From Paramecium tetraurelia (Eukaryota): a stretch of 64,000 nt of DNA. A program made the position numbers and the translations under genes. The stretch lies in the NCBI GenBank assembly GCA_000165425.1, contig CT868070.1, forward strand, positions 1 through 64,000. The letters are read 5' to 3'. The notes under the pieces are model-generated. The model saw only the letters and a list, made by a program, of their open reading frames with translations, made no database searches and had not been told where the DNA came from. Positions 56,319 through 64,000 of this stretch are shown here, in pieces. The first letter of the stretch is position 1, and the number at the start of each line of letters is the position of its first letter.

Positions 56319-56593
56319 ATAAAAAATATTGTTAATTATTTATAAATATTCTCAGTTTATTTGCTATTCCTCATTAATTTTATAATGCTCTCTTTTTTCG
56401 AAAAAGCGTAGTGATACATTAAGGTAGATGACAAAAGAAAGAGAGTAGGAATTAGAAATCTTGGCATTTTAAATATTCTTATTTATTGACGTTTAAGATC
56501 CTTGTAGATATCTTTCTTTTGAAAGAAATTATATATGGAATATTCCGGAATTGATACTAAATTTCTTGTTGTTAGTTGAAATTTAGACTCCAT
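56315..56593 (-). CDS. Possible small (92 aa) single-TM protein
   Basis: Intronless ciliate-code ORF MESKFQLTTRNLVSIPEYS..RFLIPTLFLLSSTLMYHYAF..; its TGA overlaps the EB1 ATG. Other frames are also partly open. Confidence 0.3.
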
Positions 56594-56833
56594 CTTTGGT
56601 CACTATTAAGTATTAAAATTAATAATAAATAATACAAATTTATTGAATCATTATTTTTCATTTCAGAATATGCCATCAGTTAAATTTGATATTATGTATG
56701 ATAATGTTGAAAAACTTATCTTTTATAACAACATGGAAAAGCATCGTCCTTCTAGAGTGCTGATTTGCAATTTATCAGTAAAATTTTGACTTGAATTAAT
56801 CAATTTAAAAAAATAAAAAAGATTCCCTTAATC

Positions 56834-57632
56834 ATGCATCTCTAAACTTTCTTAGAAGAGCCCTAAAAGTTATCCTCTTATAAGTAATTACAACATTAAG
56901 GTAATGTATGCTTAACTACTCTTTCAGTTAATGAATAAAAGGAACAGAAAGTTAAATCCGATATTCAGAGCTTAGAGCACATTTGGGTAGAATGGTTAGG
57001 CCAACAATAAATGTCTCAAAAATAAAATGACGAAAATTAAAAGAAAAATGAGTCCATAGATGTAGAATGCACACAAGAGACAAATGTATTTGTATACATT
57101 ATAAGATAGATAGGTGAAAAGAGTGCTTAACTTAAAACCTTCTTCGAAATACTTAAATCAAGGATAATAAATGAGAAATTGTATTCTACTATGACTCAAA
57201 CATAAATGACTCAATTTTTTGAAGAGGCCTCTACCTAAATTTAAAACAAAATCAAACTCTATGAAGACATCTAGAAATTAAAATTACTCTAAAATTATCC
57301 AAGTATAAGACAAATTAGATATTCTTTTTAGCAAATACTAAGAGGACTTATTCAAAATCTGCTAATATGATACTCAAAAAATGGTTGATGGAGAATTACA
57401 ACAATCCTTATCCAAAACCTAATTAAGTAGAGTAGCTGGTCTAATAAACAAATTTAACTAACAAACAGGTATCTATTTTAATGATTTCTTCTAGGTCTTA
57501 AATTGGTTTATAAATGCCAGAAACAGTCTTAAAAATAAATCAAACTAAGAGAAAAAGTTTAAACACATTGTTGAGTGTAAATTCAAGGAATTTGCTATAA
57601 TGAAAAAAAAAAAATTAGAACAAAGTATTTGA
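56834..57632 (+). CDS. TALE-class homeodomain (Homeobox_KN) transcription factor
   Basis: KRTYSKSANMILKKWLMENYNNPYPKPNQVEQLVQQTNLTNKQ|VLNWFINARNSLK has the PYP loop and WFINAR. Four tiny introns (~56901, ~57086, ~57303, ~57469); TGA 57630-57632. Confidence 0.9.
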
Positions 57633-57964
57633 TTTTTTAGATAAAATCACTGAATGTAAATTTGTTAATTATTATCCTTATTTATAAAATTTTAATTTAT
57701 AATTCATATTATATTGACATATTTATTGTATCAAGTGAAATTTATTCGTATAATTTTGAATTATATTAATATTCAATCCAAATGGCTTAGATTTGCAGAT
57801 TGAAATTGAAATCATTTAGAAATCTTCTTTTTAGGTGTTACTTAATTAATTAAATCATTTACTCAAAATTTTCATTCTAAAACAATTACATAAACTAATT
57901 TTGTATGCAATTCTGTATTAGTGATTAAATTTATGGTTAAATAATATTGCAAAATTTGATAATA

Positions 57965-58430
57965 TCATAAATTTACCAGAATTTAAATTTATGTATTAAT
58001 CCAACTAATTACCCAAAAAAATATTATCTGAGTTATAGACACATGGATTCTACCTATAGATTTTGTTATATCTCTGAAATTTGATTCAATTTTGTGAATG
58101 ACAAGTTTGAAAAGTAGCATATATTGTCTATCTAAATTAAAAGATTTAAGTCTACTTATATTAAATGCTAATTCCAAATTATTTTTTTTAATTATTACCA
58201 ATAAAAATTTGAGAATAGATTCAATGAATAGTTTTTCAGATAGGCTAAATAAAATATAAAATATAATCCTGAATTCATAAACTAATTTAAAATGATTAGC
58301 CGCGTTTGTAAAATCGTTATTAATTGAAATCTTCAAATTCTCATATAGATTATCTATTCTAACAAAAGGGTAATCAGCTTCCTTCATTTTCTCATCTTTA
58401 GCACCCCATCCTTCTCTTTATTTTGTTCAT
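57965..58430 (-). CDS. Hypothetical coding segment; 5' structure unresolved
   Basis: About 150 codons open on the minus strand (includes the supplied 132-aa ORF); no convincing upstream exon path or motif. Confidence 0.25.
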
Positions 58431-59032
58431 AAATAAACAATTATTGTAGTAGACATGTTGAGTAAATCATTTTTGGAAAACTGATAGTTAATTAGTGGTA
58501 CCATCGATGCTCTCAATTAATACTAAAACCATAAATTTATTTATTCTCTTGGACTTTATATCTAATAATTTGTCATAAATTTAAATTAAATTATAGTGAT
58601 TGATTTTGAGCTATCATGAATAAACTTTCAAACAATTTCTGTATATTTATTGCATTTTTAGTTGATAATTCGTACACAAAAGAATATTAGCACAAACTAC
58701 TGACTATTATAAATGAGATATTGAAGGATTAATTACTTTTATTGTTATTTAAGAGTAGAAGATAATTTGAGAGTGGGAGATTATGATTCAAAATTTTGAT
58801 CACCTTTTTTAAGTATCTTACGGTAATCAAAAAGAATTTCATTAGTTTCTATAATTTATGATCTAGGTTGATTTCGCCGTACCATTATTTATTATAATAA
58901 GATGAAGATTCATATTTAAATATCAAAAAATAATATAATGCCCAATCCTTAACTAATCTTAGTAAAAAAAGTCTCAGTATCCCTTAATATATTCTAGCAT
59001 AAAAATAAATAAAATAATTATTTATAAAATAA

Positions 59033-60381
59033 ATGAAATCGATGCTTCATATTTTGCAGAAACGAGGTTCAATGGTGTTGATGGAGCCGTACAAAATTTA
59101 TCATATTTGCTAGCATCAATGATGGAATGGATAAAGTGTAGGAGAAACATCAGGTTGTTCAAACTTATGTGGAATAAGTGAATCCTAAAACTGGCATTGC
59201 AATAGAAAAAGAGGTATCAAATAATGGGAGTAAATTAGGAAGAAAGATTAAATTAGAGATATTTTCATTTAATGAATCAACTTGAGAGATTAAAATTTTA
59301 AATAATAAAATTAGAAGAGAAGAAGAAATCATAAGAAGAGTATATAAATTGATTAATAATATTAGCCTTGAGAATCATCCTTCGGTTAAGGAAGTGGTTG
59401 GGGAATTGCACAAGATTTCTAAATATGAAAAGGCTTTGAGTGAAAACCATAGCAAAATGGTTGATGAGATTAAATTAAATAAAATGACAATTAATCAGTT
59501 GAAACAGACTGTGTACTAAAAAAGAATAGAAATAAGAGATATTGTAAGAGATTCGTTCAGAATCCAAGAGGAGATGATTAAAATAAAGCAAGAGAAGAGA
59601 ACTGTTTCCAGTATATATATAGTTCTTAATAAGTCGACAGAAATAGTGTTGATATGTTTTTAACAATTCCGGAAACTTCCATTCCCAAACCATAGATTTT
59701 GCCGTCTATTCCATTAAAGTAGAAATCTAAAAGCACTCTGCTTCACATAATGAAAAATGTGCAGTCAGAAAATTAATAAGAAGTATAAATGAATATATTC
59801 CTTGAATAGAAAATTAATGATATTGTGTTTATTTATCGTCAAGTGTAAGAATTAAGATCTAAAACATAATAATCTACTCGTTTCATTTAGAAAGTGACAA
59901 ATAGATATTGCTAAATTAAAAGTTTATTATAAGAATGTGCTAATATTTCTATTTAAAGTTTCAAAAACAAGCAAAAGATCACTAATAAAAATGGTTATGC
60001 CAATTCTATTTATTTTGATGTAAGTACTCTCAATAACAGTAAAAATGAAAGCAGCATCATTAAAGAAAGGAAAATTCAAAACATCTTATATGATACTTTA
60101 TAACAAATAATGATTGATTTGATAGATTCATAATAAAAGACTGATTTGAATGGGTCATCTATTGCAGATTCAATGTATATTAAAATCTTATATTTAGCAT
60201 TCGTAATTCAGTAAGTTAGGAGTAATTTATGCAATTCACATCAGTTTAAATTTTAGGTTTGATGGCCTTGCAACCTAGATTACTGACAGAATTGTTAGGA
60301 ATATTCGATTTAAAGCAAAAGTAGGTTGGGCTGTTGTGCAATAAGACTAGATAATTGCAGAAATAATTAGATATTCCATGA
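59033..60381 (+). CDS. Hypothetical coiled-coil protein with several tiny introns
   Basis: MKSMLHILQKRGSMVLMEP..; successive 23-26-nt GT..AG introns keep a K/E/Q-rich frame ending ..QLDIP-TGA (60379-60381). One junction near 59930-59960 is unresolved. Confidence 0.7.
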
Positions 60382-61034
60382 TTCCTCTTAAAATTTTTAA
60401 TAATATAATTTAAATAGTTAATTATTCTAGATTTTAATAAATCTGTATCAAATTCTATTTACATTGTTCTTTTTGTTTATAAGTTTGAATTTCATATTGC
60501 TTAATCTGTTTTTATTTAACAATCTTAGCCCTATTATATTAATTAGTTGTTTTGATTTAGCAATCAATCTGATTCTATAATTTAATGCAAATAGAATTGG
60601 CCTTCAATTAATTACAATATAATTTAAGCTGATTGTACAATAATTAATTAAATGGATTCAGTACAGTTGTTAGGATTATAGTCAAAATCATGGAATTCTA
60701 ATAGTAATTGAATATCTTAAATTTTCAAAGTTGGGGTTCCAGTAAATGATCCTCTGTGTAATTTAGGCATCTTCTTAGATACTTTGTAACCAAGATTATT
60801 AAAAAGTATATAGGGTAATACAATTGAAAAAAACTAGTAGATACAATTATAGAGAAGAGAACTATTCAGAATTGCATTTCAACAAGTCGAAAAATCATTG
60901 TGTAGTATAGGGTTTTATGGTCTTTTAGTTTTGGGATTCGATCTCATAAATAGATATTAAAATTTATAATTTCATATGGAATCATAATAATATAAATTAT
61001 AATATCAATTAACCACTTTTATAAATTATATAAT

Positions 61035-62572
61035 ATGAAAAAGAAAATGCTGAAGATGCACAGACACAAATTGTTATATGAGGATGTATTGAAACAAGTG
61101 GAGAAGGAGGACGTATTATAATTTGATTTATTTAAGGTGGCATTTTTTAGTAAATGCACAAAGTTCAGAGACCAAGCACCTCATCCAATCACTTTGGATA
61201 GGGCTCTTCAATTCTTGTGGTTGAAGGAGAAGGTAACAGATGTTTAATTACAAGGGTGTTAGAAGATTGATAGAAAGGTAGCTTTGCAATTTGGGTAGAG
61301 GAGAGTGTGTAAAATAGACTCTACTTTGAAACATGATGGACCATCAAGCGCTCGTATTATTAAGACGTCGAGGATTAATTAAGGGGTGATTAATGGTTGG
61401 CATAATGGTTCTGGAGATTCTAAATTCGATTTGGGTGCATAGTATAACCCAAAAAAACTGGAAAGAAATGATGAAGAAATTGAGTATGAAGAATTACTAA
61501 AGTAAGATCAACAGAGTCCCAGTGAATACAAGATGAAACTTAATCATTTAGATCTGTACAATAATGAGATAAATGAGAAATACGCATTCAGTAATTTGGA
61601 AACAGTACAATTGTTTTAAAAATTAAATGAATTGAAACAAATTAATAGGTAAAGGAGTGAATAGCCTCAAGAGTATGTAGAACTGGAAGGATAAAGGTTT
61701 TATCATGTCTTAAGTGATCTGCAGGATTATTTGGATAAAAAGGTAGACAAAAAGACATTGATACATGAAATGAGGGCATTCTAGGCATTCTATCCAATAA
61801 GAAGAAAACTGTAAGTTAAATAATTAAATCCAGGGGATTCTCTATGTTAAGGAACTGAATCATAAACAGATATCACATAGAAAGCGACCTATAGATTATT
61901 TGATAGGGCTAGAACATTGGCAAACATGAAATGCGAAGTTTTTAATACTAATAACTATGTGTTTAATGTTAAGGAAGTCCCTAACTTTGGGTAGCAATTG
62001 AGGAGAAATCACTTTTCATAATTGATAGAAGAGTTAAGAGAGAATGGGTTGAAAACCCCTAGAGAAATAAATGAGGTTTCTCCAGAAAATTCTATTAAGG
62101 CCTCTCAAGTGGAATCCAGTGAGAACGATGTGAAACCGATAAGGAAGTTTTATTTGAAGTTACCAAAACAAAAAGGGGAATTGAGTCAAACCACTTCTTG
62201 TACAAAAAGTCTAAGGATTGGAACTTTGTAATCGCAGATATCACATTAATATCAATAACAACCTCTCAAGGCTTTTATCAGTAACTTGCATGGAAGCAGC
62301 ACAGAAATACGATTAGATAATGGTGGGAAGTTTAAGAATAGATTGGATTCCAGAATTGATAAGTATGTAAAACAGTATTTGAAGAAGTAAAATGTTATTT
62401 AACAAAATTAAAATGTTGATATGACAATATTAAGGGAAAAATATAAGGTAATAAATCGATTAAATAATTTAAGTCTTTGAAATCTGAAAGGGAGAAGGAA
62501 ATTACAAGGATGTATAAAAGTTAGTAAATTGATGGAATTAATAATAAAACCGTGCATTTAATAGTAAATTGA
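61035..62572 (+). CDS. Hypothetical protein with introns
   Basis: MKKKMLKMHRHKLLYEDVLKQVEKE..; introns at ~61113, ~61233 and ~62448; contains the supplied 62022 ORF; TGA 62570-62572. Confidence 0.65.
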
Positions 62573-62601
62573 TATTACTCTACTTTTATATAAATTTATT
62601 C

Positions 62602-63440
62602 ATGAAATATTTTGTTGTTCTTTTGGCATTGGCAGCAGCATTTGAGTATGATGAACAATTGGCAAATCAACTGACAGCATTTTCCTTTGGTGCCTATTGT
62701 GAAATCAATGACATCAACAATTGGAATGTGGGAGCCATAAGTCAAAAATATCCAAACCTGACCAAAGTCTAGGTGTTCGAAAACGTTGAAATGGTAGTCT
62801 TGACATTTTATTTTAGAAAACAAGAGGATACATAGCATACAATTCTTAAACTTAGGCCATTACGGTAGTATTTAGAGGATCGGACAACATCAAGAATTTC
62901 ATTGCAGATATTGATACCAAGAAGACAAGTTTCAACACAGCTTGTAGATGCCAAGTGCATGAGGGCTTCTTGGCAGCATACTCATCACTCAAAATCCATT
63001 TGGATGGGTTACTTGGTGAATATAGAGTGAAATATCCATATGCAAAATTCCACGTAACAGGTCATTCATTAGGAGGTGCCATGGCTACTCTATTCGCTAG
63101 TGAATTATCTTTAACTGGAGTAAAGGTGACTCTCGTTACTGTTGGAGCTCCAAGAGTTGGTGATTCTGATTTTTATGATTGGTTTTCTAAATTACCAGTG
63201 ACACACACAAGATTAACAAACAAGAAGGACATAGCTCCACATCTACCTCCTTTCAGATTTGGATTTGAGCATGTGAACAATGAGGTTTGGTACTTTGATG
63301 GATTAAATTACATTGTATGTAAAGAAGTCAAAGGTGAGGATCAATAATGTTCTGTGTCAGCAACACGAACAAATTTGAATGACCATCATGAATATTTGGG
63401 TTGGTCTGTTGAAGCTTGCAATGCTGCATAGGTGGAATGA
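62602..63440 (+). CDS. Secreted class-3 (fungal-type) lipase
   Basis: Signal peptide MKYFVVLLALAAA, VVFRGS, VHEGF, GHSLGG nucleophile elbow, GAPRVG, DIAPHLP, DHHEYLG; 23-nt intron 62794-62816. Confidence 0.95.
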
Positions 63441-63671
63441 ATTACAAATTGATTTTTATCATGACATCATTACAATTCTAAAAATATACAAATTAAATTT
63501 CATCATAAAACATGTTATTTTAAATAATGTGATGTAAATTATTTATAAAAGATTTTATATACTTTCATTCTCGAGTTTTCCATATATTTAATATTATCAA
63601 AATAATTGGTATTTACAATACATAAATAGTTTGATTTGAATTATTCTATATAAATAAAATAATAAAATCTA

Positions 63672-64000
63672 ATGAGACCATCATCTGTTATTTTGGTTGT
63701 TTTGGCAGCCACAGTCAGTGCAACTTTTATCTATAATGAAGATTTGGCTAAGGAGGAAGCTGCTCTCTCCTTTGCTGCTTATTGTCCTAATTCAGCTATA
63801 ACTAATTGGAAATTGGGCTATGTGAGTGGCAACTATCCCAATATTTAAAATCCTCAAGTCTTTGAAAATATCATTTAAGTAAGAAAATAAAAACATATTA
63901 TTTTAGGGAACAAAAGGATATATCGCTTTCAATCCCACTTACAATGCCATAACAGTTGTCTTCAGAGGTTCAAGCAACATCTAAAACTGGTTGGACAACA
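63672..64000 (+). CDS. Second class-3 lipase (5' part, runs off window)
   Basis: MRPSSVILVVLAATVSA..SFAAYC..QVFENIIQ|GTKGYIAFNPTYNAITVVFRGSSNIQNWLDN; 28-nt intron 63879-63906. Confidence 0.9.

Noticed and set aside
60420..60990. Possible small gene between two hypotheticals
   Set aside because: All frames examined are interrupted by TGA with no convincing intron path.
1..64000. Transposase/reverse transcriptase, tRNA/rRNA genes, telomeric C4A2/C3A3 repeats
   Set aside because: None recognised by eye; a degenerate element cannot be excluded without HMM searches.

Overview
Very AT-rich ciliate macronuclear-type DNA, most consistent with Paramecium. TAA/TAG read as Gln, TGA is the only stop, and GT..AG introns are 21-29 nt, so the supplied standard-code ORF track is mostly antisense shadows or fragments. 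There are four 150-N assembly gaps. The left ~54 kb is dominated by duplicated copies of a tandem two-gene cassette of ~9-kb genes encoding giant surface proteins (signal peptide, Cys-rich repeats, GGAI/FxxN beta-helix, multi-TM C-terminus). Gene B (35706-44762, -) looks intact where checked; gene C (44825-53733, -) has one early frameshift. Paralogues A (1-6070, +) and D (10722-18823, -) are decayed, and several 5' or internal fragments occur in both orientations. These are interleaved with relics: an ARF GTPase with two frameshifts, a pentapeptide+WD40 pseudogene with an inverted partial copy, and K+-channel remnants. The right ~10 kb is ordinary gene-dense sequence (EB1, TALE homeobox, hypotheticals, two tandem class-3 lipases). 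The most striking signal is a ~1.1-kb tract where A is near-identical to B, yet 13 of its 14 substitutions are sense-strand A->G, three creating TGA stops. Also notable are a TA-bounded 30-bp IES-like insertion in A and an in-frame 627-nt beta-helix deletion in D. All comparisons were made by eye, and assembly or base-calling artefacts cannot be excluded.
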